Of a stretch of 64,000 bases of DNA, positions 15,001 through 30,000 are shown piece after piece (within the stretch, counting starts at the first letter, position 1; each line of letters opens with the position of its first letter). Origin of the DNA: Eledone cirrhosa (lineage: Eukaryota). The translations under genes and the position numbers were made by a program. Where the stretch lies: positions 3,596,001 to 3,660,000 of the forward strand of contig OZ024759.1 in assembly GCA_964016885.1 (NCBI GenBank), read 5' to 3'. The notes under the pieces were generated by a model that had not been told where the DNA came from, made no database searches, and worked only from the letters and a program-made list of their open reading frames with translations.

Positions 15001-18000
15001 GTGTGTCTACAGTGTCTGTGTGTCTACAATGTCTGTGTGTCTACAATGTCTGTGTGTCTACAATGTCTGTGTGTCTACAATGTCTGTGTGTCTACAGTGT
15101 CTGTGTCTACAGTGTCTGTGTGTCTACAGTGTCTGTGTGTCTACAGTGTCTGTGTGTCTACAGTGTCTGTATCTAGTGTCTGTGTGTCTACAGTGTCTGT
15201 GTGTCTGTGTGTCTGTGTCTACAGTGTCTGTGTGTCTACAGTGTCTGTGTCTACAGTGTCTGTGTGTCTACAGTGTCTGTGTGTCCACAATGTCTGTGTG
15301 TCTACAATGTCTGTGTGTCTACAATGTCTGTGTGTCTACAGTGTCTGTGTGTCTACAGTGTCTGTATCTACATTGTCTGTATCTACAGTGCCTGTGTCTC
15401 TACAGTGTCTATGTCTACAATGTCTGTGTGTCTACAGTGTCTGTGTGTCTACAGTGTCTGTGTGTCTACAGTGTCTACAGTGTCTGTGTCTAAAGTGTCT
15501 GTGTGTCTACAATGTCTGTGTGTCTACAGTGACTGTGTGTCTACAGTGTCTGTGTGTCTAAAATGTCTGTGTCTACAGTTTCTGTGTCTACAGTGTCTGT
15601 GTGTCTACAGTGTCTGTGTGTCTACAGTGTCTGTGTCTACAGTGTCTGTGTGTCTAAAATGTCTGTGTCTACAGTGACTGTGTGTCTACAGTGTCTGTGT
15701 GTCTACAATGTTTGTGTGTCTACAGTGTCTGTGTGTCTACACTGTCTGTGTCTACAATGTCTGTGTGTCTACAGTGTCTGTGTCTACAATGTCTGTGTCT
15801 ACAGTGACTGTGTGTCTACAGTGTCTCTGTGTCTACAATGCCTGTGTCTACAGTGTTTGTGTGTCTACAGTGTCTGTGTCTACAGTGTCTGTGTGTCTAC
15901 AGTGTCTGTGTGTCTACAATGTCTGTGTGTCTACAATGTCTGTGTGTCTACAGTGTCTGTGTGTCTACAGTGTCTGTGTGTCTACAGTGTCTGTGTTTCT
16001 ACAGTATCTGTGTGTCTACAGTGACTGTATATACAGTGTCTGTGTGTCTACAGTGTCTGTGTGTCTACAGTGTCCGTGTGTCTGTCTACATTGTCCGTGT
16101 GTCTACAGTGTCTGTGTCTACAGTGTCTGTGTGTCTACGTCTGTGTGTCTACACTGTCTGTCTGTCTACAGTGTTTGTGTGTCTACAGTGTCTGTGTGTC
16201 TACAGTGTCTCTGTGTCTACAATGCCTGTGTCTACAGTGTTTGTGTGTCTACAGTGTCTGTGTCTACAGTGTCTGTGTGTCTACAGTGTCTGTGTGTCTA
16301 CACTGTCTGTGTCTACAATGTCTGTGTGTCTACAATGTCTGTGTGTCTACAGTGTCTGTGCCTACAATGCCTGTGTCTACAATGCCTGTGTCTACAGTGT
16401 CTGTGTGTCTACAGTGTCTGAGTCTACAATGTCTGTGTGTCTACAGTGTCTGTGTCTACAGTGTCCGTGTGTCTGTCTACATTGTCCGTGTGTCTACAGT
16501 GTCTGTGTCTACAGTGTCTGTGTGTCTACGTCTGTGTGTCTACACTGTCTGTCTGTCTACAGTGTTTGTGTGTCTACAGTGTCTGTGTGTCTACAATGTC
16601 TGTGTCTACAGTGTTTGTGTGTCTACAGTGTCTGTGTGTCTACAGTGTCTGTGCCTACAGTGTCTGGGTGTCTACAATGTCTGTGTGTCTACAGTGTCTG
16701 TGTGTCTACAGTGTCTGTGTGTCTACAGTGTCTGTGTGTTTACAGTGTCTGTGTGTCTACAGTGTCTGTGTGTCTACAGTGTCTGTGTGTCTACAAGATG
16801 TGTCTACAGTGTCTGTGTCTACAGTGTCTGTGTGTCTACACTGTCTGTCTACAACGTTTGTGTGTCTACAGTGTCTGTGTGTTTACAGTGTCTGTGTGTC
16901 TAAAGTGTCTGTGTGTCGACAGTGTCTGTGTCTACAGTGTCTGTGTGTCTACAGTGTCTGTGTGTCTACAAGATGTGTCTACAGTGTCTGTGTCTACAGT
17001 GTCTGTGTGTCTACAGTGTCTGTGTGTCTACAGTGTCTGTGTCTACAGTGTCTGTGTGTCTACAGTGTCTGTGTCTACAGTGTCTACAGTGTCTGTGTGT
17101 CTACAATGTCTGTGTGTCTACAATGTCTGTGTGTCTACAATGTCTGTGTGTCTACAATGTCTGTGTGTCTACAATGTCTGTGTGTCTACAGTGTCTGTGT
17201 GTCTACAGTGTCTGTGTGTCTACAGTGACTGTGTGTCTACAATGTCTGTGTGTCTACAATGTCTGTGTGTCTACAGTGTCTGTGTCTACAGTGTCTGTGT
17301 GTCTACAGTGTCTGTGTGTCTACAATGTCTGTGTCTACAGTGTCTGAGTCTACAATGTCTGTGTGTCTACAGTGTCTGTGTCTACAATGTCTGTGTCTAT
17401 AGTGTCCGTGTGTCTGTCTACAGTGTCTGTGTGTCTACAGTGTCTGTGTCTACAGTGACTGTGTGTCTACAGTGTCTGTGTGTCTACAATATGTGTCCAC
17501 AGTGTCCGTGTGTCTGTCTACAGTGTCTGTGTGTCTACATTGTCTGTGTCTACGTCTGTGTGTCTACACTGTCTGTCTGTCTACAGTGTTTGTGTGTCTA
17601 CAGTGTCTGTGTGTCTACAATGTCTGTGTCTACAGTGTTTGTGTGTCTACAGTGTCTGTGTGTCTACAGTGTCTGTGTGCCTACAGTGTCTGGGTGTCTA
17701 CAATGTCTGGGTGTCTACAGTGTCTGTGTGTCTACAGTGTCTGTGTGTCTACAGTGTCTGTGTGTTTACAGTGTCTGTGTGTCTACAGTGTCTGTGTGTC
17801 TACAGTGTCTGTGTGTCTACAGTGTCTGTGTCTACAGTGTCTGTGTGTCTACAGTGTCTGTGTCTACAGTGTCTGTGTGTCTACAGTGTCTGTGTGTCTA
17901 CAGTGTCTGTGTGTCTACAGTGTCTGTGTGTCTACAATGTCTGTGTGTCTACAATGTCTGTGTGTCTACATTGTCTGTATCTACAGTGTCTGTGTGTCTA

Positions 18001-21000
18001 CAGTGTCTGTGTCTAAAGTGTCTGTGTGTCTACAGTTTCTGTGTCTACAATGTCTGTGTGTCTACAGTGACTGTGTGTCTACAGTGTCTGTGTGTCTAAA
18101 ATGTCTGTGTCTACAGTTTCTGTGTGTCTACAGTGTCTGTGTGTCTACAATGTCTGTGTGTCTACAATGTCTGTGTGTCTACAGTGTCTCTGTGTCTACA
18201 ATGCCTGTGTCTACAGTGTCTGTGCATCTACAGTGTCTGTGTGTCTACAGTGTCTGTGTGTCTACAATGTCTGTGTGTCTACAATGTCTGTGTGTCTACA
18301 GTGTCTGTGTGTCTACAGTGTCTGTGTGTCTGTGTGTCTACAATGCCTTTGTCTACAGTGTCTGTGTGTCTACAATGTCTGTGTCTACAGTGTCTGTGTG
18401 TCTAAAATGTCTACAGTGACTGTGTGTCTACAATGTCTGTGTGTCTACAGTGTTTCTGTGTCTACAATGCCTGTGTCTACAGTGCCTGTGTCTACAATGT
18501 CTGTGTGTCTACAGTGTCTGTGTGTCTACAGTGTCTGTGTCTCTACAGTGTCTGTGTCTACAGTGTCTGTGTGTCTACAGTGTCTGTGTGTCTACAATGT
18601 CTGTGTGTCTACAATGTCTGTGTGTCTACAATGTCTGTGTGTCTACAATGTCTGTGTGTCTACAGTGTCTGTGTGTCTACAGTGTCTGTGTGTCTACAGT
18701 GTCTGTGTGTCTACAGTGACTGTATATACAGTGTCTGTGTGTCTACAGTGTCTGTGTGTCTACAGTGTCTGTGTGTCTACAATGCCTGTGTCTACAGTGT
18801 ATGTGTGTCTACAGTGTCTGTGTCTACAGTGTCTGTGTGTCTACAGTGTCTGTGTGTCTACAGTGTCTGTGTGTCTACAGTGTCTATGTCTACAGTGTCT
18901 GTGTCTACAGTGTCTGTGTGTCTACAGTGTCTGTGTGCCTACAATGTCTGTGTGTCAACAGTGACTGTGTGTCTACAGTGTCTGTGTGTCTACAGTGTCT
19001 GTGTGTCTACAGTGTCTGTGTGCCTACAATGTCTGTGTGCCTACAATGTCTGCGTGTCTACAGTGTCTGTGTGTCTACAGTGTCTGTGTGTCTACAGTGT
19101 CTGTGTGTTTACAGTGTCTGTGTGTCTACAATGTCTGTGTGTCTACAGTGTCTGTGTGTCTACAATGTCTGTGTATCTACAATGTCTGTGTGTGTACAAT
19201 ATCTGTGTGTCTACAATGTCTGTGTGTCTACAATGTCTGTGTGTCTACAGTGTCTGTGTCTACAGTGTCTGTGTGTCTACAGTGTCTGTGTCTACAGTGT
19301 CTGTGTGTCTACAGTGTCTGTGTGTCTACAATGTCTGTGTGTCTACAATGTCTGTGTGTCTACAATGTCTGTGTGTCTACAATGTCTGTGTGTCTACAGT
19401 GTCTGTGTGTCTACAGTGTCTGTGTCTCTACATTGTCTGTGTGTCTACAGTGTCTGTATCTACAGTGTCTGTGTGTCTACAGTGTCTGTGTGTCTACAGT
19501 GTCTGTGTGTCTGTGTCTACAGTGTCTGTGTTTCTACAGTGTCTGTGTCTACAGTGTCTGTGTGTCTACAGTGTCTGTGTGTCCACAATGTCTGTGTGTC
19601 TACAATGTCTGTGTGTCTACAATGTCTGTGTGTCTACAGTGTCTGTGTGTCTACAGTGTCTGTATCTACATTGTCTGTATCTACAGTGTCTGTGTCTCTA
19701 CAGTGTCTATGTCTACAATGTCTGTGTGTCTACAGTGTCTGTGTGTCTACAGTGTCTGTGTGTCTACAGTGTCTGTGTCTAAAGTGTCTGTGTCTCTACA
19801 GTGACTGTGTGTCTACAGTGTCTGTGTGTCTAAAATGTCTGTGTCTACAGTTTCTGTGTCTACAGTGTCTGTGTGTCTACAATGTCTGTGTGTCTACAGT
19901 GTCTGTGTCTACAGTGTCTGTGTGTCTAATATGTCTGTGTCTACAGTGACTGTGTGTCTACAGTGTCTGTGTGTCTACAATGTTTGTGTGTCTACAGTGT
20001 CTGTGTGTCTACACTGTCTGTGTCTACAATGTCTGTGTGTCTACAGTGTCTGTGTGTCTAAAATTTCTGTGTCTACAGTGACTGTGTGTCTACAGTGTCT
20101 CTGTGTCTACAATGCCTGTGTCTACAGTGTTTGTGTGTCTACAGTGTCTGTGTCTACAGTGTCTGTGTGTCTACAGTGTCTGTGTGTCTATAGTGTCTGT
20201 GTGTCTACAATGTCTGTGTGTCTACAGTGTCTGTGTGTCTACAGTGTCTGTGTGTCTACAGTGTCTGTGTTTCTACAGTATCTGTGTGTCTACAGTGACT
20301 GCATATACAGTATCTGTGTGTCTACAGTGTCTGTGTGTCTACAATGCCTTTGTCTACAGTGTCTGTGTGTCTACAATGTCTGTGTCTACAGTGTCTGTGT
20401 GTCTAAAATGTCTACAGTGACTGTGTGTCTACAGTGTCTGTGTGTCTACAATGTCTGTGTGTCTACAGTGTCTGTGTGTCTACAATGCCTTTGTCTACAG
20501 TGTTTCTGTGTCTACAATGCCTGTGTCTACAGTGCCTGTGTCTACAATGTCTGTGTGTCTACAGTGTCTGTGTGTCTACAGTGTCTGTGTCTACAGTGTC
20601 TGTGTGTCTACAGTGTCTGTGTCTACAGTGTCTGTGTGTCTACAGTGTCTGTGTGTCTACAATGTCTGTGTGTCTACAATGTCTGTGTGTCTACAATGTC
20701 TGTGTGTCTACAATGTCTGTGTGTCTACAATGTCTGTTTGTCTACAATGTCTGTGTGTCTACAGTGTCTGTGTGTCTACAGTGTCTGTGTTTCTACAGTG
20801 TCTGTGTGTCTACAGTGACTGTATATACAGTGTCTGTGTGTCTACAGTGTCTGTGTGTCTACAGTGTCTGTGTGTCTACAATGCCTGTGTCTACAGTGTA
20901 TGTGTGTCTACAGTGTCTGTGTCTACAGTGTCTGTGTGTCTACAGTGTCTGTGTGTCTACAGTGTCTATGTCTACAGTGTCTGTGTCTACAGTGTCTGTG

Positions 21001-24000
21001 TGTCTACAGTGTCTGTGTGCCTACAATGTCTGTGTGTCAACAGTGACTGTGTGTCTACAGTGTCTGTGTGTCTACAGTGTCTGTGTGCCTACAATGTCTG
21101 TGTGCCTACAATGTCTGTGTGCCTACAATGTCTGCGTGTCTACAGTGTCTGTGTGTCTACAGTGTCTGTGTGTTTACAGTGTCTGTGTGTCTACAATGTC
21201 TGTGTGTCTACAGTGTCTGTGTGTCTACAATGTCTGTGTGTCTACAATGTCTGTGTGTCTACAATGTCTGTGTCTACAGTGTCTGTGTGTCTACAGTGTC
21301 TGTGTGTCTACAGTGTCTGTGTATCTACAATGTCTGTGTGTCTACAATGTCTGTGTGTCTACAATGTCTGTGTGTCTACAACGTCTGTGTGTCTACAATG
21401 TCTGTGTGTCTACAGTGTCTGTGTCTACAGTGTCTGTGTGTCTACAGTGTCTGTGTGTCTACAGTGTCTGTGTCTCTACATTGTCTGTGTGTCTACAGTG
21501 TCTGTATCTAGTGTCTGTGTGTCTGTGTGTCTGTGTCTACAGTGTCTGTGTGTCTACAGTGTCTGTGTCTACAGTGTCTGTGTGTCTACAGTGTCTGTGT
21601 GTCCACAATGTCTGTGTGTCTACAATGTCTGTGTGTCTACAATGTCTGTGTGTCTACAGTGTCTGTGTGTCTACAGTGTCTGTATCTACATTGTCTGTAT
21701 CTACAGTGCCTGTGTCTCTACAGTGTCTATGTCTACAATGTCTGTGTGTCTACAGTGTCTGTGTGTCTACAGTGTCTGTGTGTCTACAGTGTCTACAGTG
21801 TCTGTGTCTAAAGTGTCTGTGTGTCTACAATGTCTGTGTGTCTACAGTGACTGTGTGTCTACAGTGTCTGTGTGTCTAAAATGTCTGTGTCTACAGTTTC
21901 TGTGTCTACAGTGTCTGTGTGTCTACAATGTCTGTGTGTCTACAGTGTCTGTGTCTACAGTGTCTGTGTGTCTAAAATGTCTGTGTCTACAGTGACTGTG
22001 TGTCTACAGTGTCTGTGTGTCTACAATGTTTGTGTGTCTACAGTGTCTGTGTGTCTACACTGTCTGTGTCTACAATGTCTGTGTGTCTACAGTGTCTGTG
22101 TCTACAATGTCTGTGTCTACAGTGACTGTGTGTCTACAGTGTCTCTGTGTCTACAATGCCTGTGTCTACAGTGTTTGTGTGTCTACAGTGTCTGTGTCTA
22201 CAGTGTCTGTGTGTCTACAGTGTCTGTGTGTCTACAATGTCTGTGTGTCTACAATGTCTGTGTGTCTACAGTGTCTGTGTGTCTACAGTGTCTGTGTGTC
22301 TACAGTGTCTGTGTTTCTACAGTATCTGTGTGTCTACAGTGACTGTATATACAGTGTCTGTGTGTCTACAGTGTCTGTGTGTCTACAGTGTCCGTGTGTC
22401 TGTCTACATTGTCCGTGTGTCTACAGTGTCTGTGTCTACAGTGTCTGTGTGTCTACGTCTGTGTGTCTACACTGTCTGTCTGTCTACAGTGTTTGTGTGT
22501 CTACAGTGTCTGTGTGTCTACAGTGTCTCTGTGTCTACAATGCCTGTGTCTACAGTGTTTGTGTGTCTACAGTGTCTGTGTCTACAGTGTCTGTGTGTCT
22601 ACAGTGTCTGTGTGTCTACACTGTCTGTGTCTACAATGTCTGTGTGTCTACAGTGTCTGTGCCTACAATGCCTGTGTCTACAATGCCTGTGTCTACAGTG
22701 TCTGTGTGTCTACAGTGTCTGTGTCTACAGTGTCTGAGTCTACAATGTCTGTGTGTCTACAGTGTCTGTGTCTACAGTGTCCGTGTGTCTGTCTACATTG
22801 TCCGTGTGTCTACAGTGTCTGTGTCTACAGTGTCTGTGTGTCTACGTCTGTGTGTCTACACTGTCTGTCTGTCTACAGTGTTTGTGTGTCTACAGTGTCT
22901 GTGTGTCTACAATGTCTGTGTCTACAGTGTTTGTGTGTCTACAGTGTCTGTGTGTCTACAGTGTCTGTGCCTACAGTGTCTGGGTGTCTACAATGTCTGT
23001 GTGTCTACAGTGTCTGTGTGTCTACAGTGTCTGTGTGTCTACAGTGTCTGTGTGTTTACAGTGTCTGTGTGTCTACAGTGTCTGTGTGTCTACAGTGTCT
23101 GTGTCTACAGTGTCTGTGTGTCTACAGTGTCTGTGTGTCTACAAGATGTGTCTACAGTGTCTGTGTCTACAGTGTCTGTGTGTCTACACTGTCTGTCTAC
23201 AACGTTTGTGTGTCTACAGTGTCTGTGTGTTTACAGTGTCTGTGTGTCTAAAGTGTCTGTGTGTCGACAGTGTCTGTGTCTACAGTGTCTGTGTGTCTAC
23301 AGTGTCTGTGTGTCTACAAGATGTGTCTACAGTGTCTGTGTCTACAGTGTCTGTGTGTCTACAGTGTCTGTGTGTCTACAGTGTCTGTGTCTACAGTGTC
23401 TGTGTGTCTACAGTGTCTGTGTCTACAGTGTCTACAGTGTCTGTGTGTCTACAATGTCTGTGTGTCTACAATGTCTGTGTGTCTACAATGTCTGTGTGTC
23501 TACAATGTCTGTGTGTCTACAATGTCTGTGTGTCTACAGTGTCTGTGTGTCTACAGTGTCTGTGTGTCTACAGTGACTGTGTGTCTACAATGTCTGTGTG
23601 TCTACAATGTCTGTGTGTCTACAGTGTCTGTGTCTACAGTGTCTGTGTGTCTACAGTGTCTGTGTGTCTACAATGTCTGTGTCTACAGTGTCTGTGTATC
23701 TACAGTGTCTGTGTGTCTACAGTGACTGTGTGTCTACAATGTCTGTGTGTCTACAATGCCTGTGTCTCTACATTGTCTGTGTCTACAGTGTCTGTGTGTC
23801 TACTATGTCTGTGTGTCTACAGTGTCTGTGTGTCTACAGTGTCTGTGTGTCTACAATGTCTGTGTCTCTACAGTGTCTGTGTCTACAGTGTCTGTGTGTC
23901 TACAATGTCTGTGTGTTTACAATGTCTGTGTCTACAGTGTCTGTGTGTCTACAGTGTCTGTGTGTCTACAATATCTGTGTGTCTACAGTGTCTGTATCTA

Positions 24001-27000
24001 CATTGTCTGTATCTACACTGTCTGTGTCTCTACAGTGTCTGTGTCTACAATGTCTGTGTGTCTACAGTGTCTGTGTGTCTAAAATGTCTGTGTCTACAGT
24101 TTCTGTGTGTCTACAGTGTCTGTGTGTCTACAATGTCTGTGTGTCTACAGTGTCTGTGTCTACAGTGTCTGTGTGTCTAAAATGTCTACAGTGACTATGT
24201 GTCTACAGTGTCTGTGTGTCTACAATGTTTGTGTGTCTACAATGTCTGTGTGTCTACAGTGTCTGTGTTTCTACAGTGTCTGTGTGTCTACAGTGACTGT
24301 ATATACAGTGTCTGTGTGTCTACAGTGTCTGTGTGTCTACAGTGTCTGTGTGTCTACAATGCCTGTGTCTACAGTGTCTGTGTCTACTGTGTCTACAGTG
24401 TCTGTGTCTACTGTGTCTACAGTGTCTGTGTCTACTGTGTCTACAGTGTCTGTGTCTACAGTGTCTGAGTCTACAATGTCTGTGTGTCTACAGTGTCTGT
24501 GTGTGTACAGTGTCTGTGTCTACAGTGTCTGTGTCTACAGTGTCTGAGTCTACAATGTCTGTGTGTCCGTGTGTCTGTGTCTACAGTGTCTGTGTCTACA
24601 GTGCCTGTGTCTACAGTGTCTGTGTGTCTACAGTGTCTGAGTCTACAATTTCTGTGTGTCTACAGTGTCTGTGTCTACAATGTCTGTGTCTACAGTGTCC
24701 GTGTGTCTGTCTACAGAGTCTGTGTGTCTACAGTGTCTGTGTCTACAGTGACTGTGTGTCTACAGTGTCTGTGTGTCTACAATATGTGTCCACAGTGTCC
24801 GTGTGTCTGTCTACAGTGTCTGTGTGTCTACAGTGTCTGTGCCTACAGTGTCTGGGTGTCTACAATGTCTGTGTGTCTACAGTGTCTGTGTGTCTACAGT
24901 GTCTGTGTGTCTACAGTGTCTGTGTGTCTACAATGTCTGTGTGTCTACAGTGTCTGTGTGTCTACAGTGTCTGTGTGTCTGTCTACAGTGTCTGTGTGTC
25001 TACACTGTCTGTCTGTCTACAGTGTTTGTGTGTCTACAGTGTCTGTGTGTCTACAATGTCTGTGTCAACAGTGTCTGTGTGTCTACAGTGTCTGTGCCTA
25101 CAGTGTCTGGGTGTCTACAATGTCTGTGTGTCTACAGTGTCTGTGTGTCTACAGTGTCTGTGTGTCTACAGTGTCTGTGTGTCTACAGTGTCTGTGTGTT
25201 TACAGTGTCTGTGTGTCTACAGTGTCTGTGTGTCTACAGTGTCTGTGTCTACAGTGTCTGTGTGTCTACAGTGTCTGTGTGTCTACAGTGTCTGTGTGTC
25301 TACAGTGTCTGTGTCTACAGTGTCTGTGTGTCTACAGTGTCTGTGTCTACAGTGTCTGTGTGTCTACAGTGTCTGTGTGTCCACAATGTCTGTGTGTCTA
25401 CAATGTCTGTGTGGCTACAATGTCTGTGTGTCTACAATGTCTGTGTGTCTACAGTGTCTGTATCTACATTGTCTGTATCTACAGTGTCTGTGTGTCTACA
25501 ATGTCTGTGTGTCTACAATGTCTGTGTGTCTACAGTGTCTGTATCTACATTGTCTGTATCTACAGTGTCTGTGTGTCTACAGTGTCTGTGTGTCTACAGT
25601 GTCTGTGTCTAAAGTGTCTGTGTGTCTACAGTTTCTGTGTCTACAATGTCTGTGTGTCTACAGTGACTGTGTGTCTACAGTGTCTGTGTGTCTAAAATGT
25701 CTGTGTCTACAGTTTCTGTGTGTCTACAGTGTCTGTGTGTCTACAATGTCTGTGTGTCTACAGTGTCTGATTCTACAATGTATGTGTGTCTACAGTGTCT
25801 GTGCCTACAATGCCTGTGTCTACAGTGTCTGTGTGTCTACAGTGTCTGAGTCTACAATGTCTGTGTGTCTACAATGTCTGTGTCTATAGTGTCCGTGTGT
25901 CTGTCTACAGTGTCTGTGTGTCTACAGTGTCTGTGTCTACAGTGACTGTGTGTCTACAGTGTCTGTGTGTCTACAATATGTGTCCACAGTGTCCGTGTGT
26001 CTGTCTACAGTGTCTGTGTGTCTACATTGTCTGTGTCTACGTCTGTGTGTCTACACTGTCTGTCTGTCTACAGTGTTTGTGTGTCTACAGTGTCTGTGTG
26101 TCTACAATGTCTGTGTCTACAGTGTTTGTGTGTCTACAGTGTCTGTGTGTCTACAGTGTCTGTGTGCCTACAGTGTCTGGGTGTCTACAATGTCTGGGTG
26201 TCTACAGTGTCTGTGTGTCTACAGTGTCTGTGTGTCTACAGTGTCTGTGTGTTTACAGTGTCTGTGTGTCTACAGTGTCTGTGTGTCTACAGTGTCTGTG
26301 TGTCTACAGTGTCTGTGTCTACAGTGTCTGTGTGTCTACAGTGTCTGTGTCTACAGTGTCTGTGTGTCTACAGTGTCTGTGTGTCTACAGTGTCTGTGTG
26401 TCTACAGTGTCTGTGTGTCTACAATGTCTGTGTGTCTACAATGTCTGTGTGTCTACATTGTCTGTATCTACAGTGTCTGTGTGTCTACAGTGTCTGTGTC
26501 TAAAGTGTCTGTGTGTCTACAGTTTCTGTGTCTACAATGTCTGTGTGTCTACAGTGACTGTGTGTCTACAGTGTCTGTGTGTCTAAAATGTCTGTGTCTA
26601 CAGTTTCTGTGTGTCTACAGTGTCTGTGTGTCTACAATGTCTGTGTGTCTACAATGTCTGTGTGTCTACAGTGTCTCTGTGTCTACAATGCCTGTGTCTA
26701 CAGTGTCTGTGCGTCTACAGTGTCTGTGTGTCTACAGTGTCTGTGTGTCTACAATGTCTGTGTGTCTACAATGTCTGTGTGTCTACAGTGTCTGTGTGTC
26801 TACAGTGTCTGTGTGTCTGTGTGTCTACAATGCCTTTGTCTACAGTGTCTGTGTGTCTACAATGTCTGTGTCTACAGTGTCTGTGTGTCTAAAATGTCTA
26901 CAGTGACTGTGTGTCTACAATGTCTGTGTGTCTACAGTGTTTCTGTGTCTACAATGCCTGTGTCTACAGTGCCTGTGTCTACAATGTCTGTGTGTCTACA

Positions 27001-30000
27001 GTGTCTGTGTGTCTACAGTGTCTGTGTCTCTACAGTGTCTGTGTCTACAGTGTCTGTGTGTCTACAGTGTCTGTGTGTCTACAATGTCTGTGTGTCTACA
27101 ATGTCTGTGTGTCTACAATGTCTGTGTGTCTACAATGTCTGTGTGTCTACAATGTCTGTGTGTCTACAGTGTCTGTGTGTCTACAGTGTCTGTGTGTCTA
27201 CAGTGTCTGTGTTTCTACAGTGTCTGTGTGTCTACAGTGACTGTATATACAGTGTCTGTGTGTCTACAGTGTCTGTGTGTCTACAGTGTCTGTGTGTCTA
27301 CAATGCCTGTGTCTACAGTGTATGTGTGTCTACAGTGTCTGTGTCTACAGTGTCTGTGTGTCTACAGTGTCTGTGTGTCTACAGTGTCTGTGTGTCTACA
27401 GTGTCTATGTCTACAGTGTCTGTGTCTACAGTGTCTGTGTGTCTACAGTGTCTGTGTGCCTACAATGTCTGTGTGTCAACAGTGACTGTGTGTCTACAGT
27501 GTCTGTGTGTCTACAGTGTCTGTGTGTCTACAGTGTCTGTGTGCCTACAATGTCTGTGTGCCTACAATGTCTGCGTGTCTACAGTGTCTGTGTGTCTACA
27601 GTGTCTGTGTGTCTACAGTGTCTGTGTGTTTACAGTGTCTGTGTGTCTACAATGTCTGTGTGTCTACAGTGTCTGTGTGTCTACAATGTCTGTGTATCTA
27701 CAATGTCTGTGTGTGTACAATATCTGTGTGTCTACAATGTCTGTGTGTCTACAATGTCTGTGTGTCTACAGTGTCTGTGTCTACAGTGTCTGTGTGTCTA
27801 CAGTGTCTGTGTCTACAGTGTCTGTGTGTCTACAGTGTCTGTGTGTCTACAATGTCTGTGTGTCTACAATGTCTGTGTGTCTACAATGTCTGTGTGTCTA
27901 CAATGTCTGTGTGTCTACAGTGTCTGTGTGTCTACAGTGTCTGTGTCTCTACATTGTCTGTGTGTCTACAGTGTCTGTATCTACAGTGTCTGTGTGTCTA
28001 CAGTGTCTGTGTGTCTACAGTGTCTGTGTGTCTGTGTCTACAGTGTCTGTGTTTCTACAGTGTCTGTGTCTACAGTGTCTGTGTGTCTACAGTGTCTGTG
28101 TGTCCACAATGTCTGTGTGTCTACAATGTCTGTGTGTCTACAATGTCTGTGTGTCTACAGTGTCTGTGTGTCTACAGTGTCTGTATCTACATTGTCTGTA
28201 TCTACAGTGTCTGTGTCTCTACAGTGTCTATGTCTACAATGTCTGTGTGTCTACAGTGTCTGTGTGTCTACAGTGTCTGTGTGTCTACAGTGTCCGTGTG
28301 TCTACAGTGTCTGTGTCTAAAGTGTCTGTGTCTCTACAGTGACTGTGTGTCTACAGTGTCTGTGTGTCTAAAATGTCTGTGTCTACAGTTTCTGTGTCTA
28401 CAGTGTCTGTGTGTCTACAATGTCTGTGTGTCTACAGTGTCTGTGTCTACAGTGTCTGTGTGTCTAATATGTCTGTGTCTACAGTGACTGTGTGTCTACA
28501 GTGTCTGTGTGTCTACAATGTTTGTGTGTCTACAGTGTCTGTGTGTCTACACTGTCTGTGTCTACAATGTCTGTGTGTCTACAGTGTCTGTGTGTCTAAA
28601 ATTTCTGTGTCTACAGTGACTGTGTGTCTACAGTGTCTCTGTGTCTACAATGCCTGTGTCTACAGTGTTTGTGTGTCTACAGTGTCTGTGTCTACAGTGT
28701 CTGTGTGTCTACAGTGTCTGTGTGTCTATAGTGTCTGTGTGTCTACAATGTCTGTGTGTCTACAGTGTCTGTGTGTCTACAGTGTCTGTGTGTCTACAGT
28801 GTCTGTGTTTCTACAGTATCTGTGTGTCTACAGTGACTGCATATACAGTATCTGTGTGTCTACAGTGTCTGTGTGTCTACAATGCCTTTGTCTACAGTGT
28901 CTGTGTGTCTACAATGTCTGTGTCTACAGTGTCTGTGTGTCTAAAATGTCTACAGTGACTGTGTGTCTACAGTGTCTGTGTGTCTACAATGTCTGTGTGT
29001 CTACAGTGTCTGTGTGTCTACAATGCCTTTGTCTACAGTGTTTCTGTGTCTACAATGCCTGTGTCTACAGTGCCTGTGTCTACAATGTCTGTGTGTCTAC
29101 AGTGTCTGTGTGTCTACAGTGTCTGTGTCTACAGTGTCTGTGTGTCTACAGTGTCTGTGTCTACAGTGTCTGTGTGTCTACAGTGTCTGTGTGTCTACAA
29201 TGTCTGTGTGTCTACAATGTCTGTGTGTCTACAATGTCTGTGTGTCTACAATGTCTGTTTGTCTACAATGTCTGTGTGTCTACAGTGTCTGTGTGTCTAC
29301 AGTGTCTGTGTTTCTACAGTGTCTGTGTGTCTACAGTGACTGTATATACAGTGTCTGTGTGTCTACAGTGTCTGTGTGTCTACAGTGTCTGTGTGTCTAC
29401 AATGCCTGTGTCTACAGTGTATGTGTGTCTACAGTGTCTGTGTCTACAGTGTCTGTGTGTCTACAGTGTCTGTGTGTCTACAGTGTCTATGTCTACAGTG
29501 TCTGTGTCTACAGTGTCTGTGTGTCTACAGTGTCTGTGTGCCTACAATGTCTGTGTGTCAACAGTGACTGTGTGTCTACAGTGTCTGTGTGTCTACAGTG
29601 TCTGTGTGCCTACAATGTCTGTGTGCCTACAATGTCTGTGTGCCTACAATGTCTGCGTGTCTACAGTGTCTGTGTGTCTACAGTGTCTGTGTGTTTACAG
29701 TGTCTGTGTGTCTACAATGTCTGTGTGTCTACAGTGTCTGTGTGTCTACAATGTCTGTGTGTCTACAATGTCTGTGTGTCTACAATGTCTGTGTCTACAG
29801 TGTCTGTGTGTCTACAGTGTCTGTGTGTCTACAGTGTCTGTGTGTCTACAATGTCTGTGTGTCTACAATGTCTGTGTGTCTACAATGTCTGTGTGTCTAC
29901 AACGTCTGTGTGTCTACAATGTCTGTGTGTCTACAGTGTCTGTGTCTACAGTGTCTGTGTGTCTACAGTGTCTGTGTGTCTACAGTGTCTGTGTCTCTAC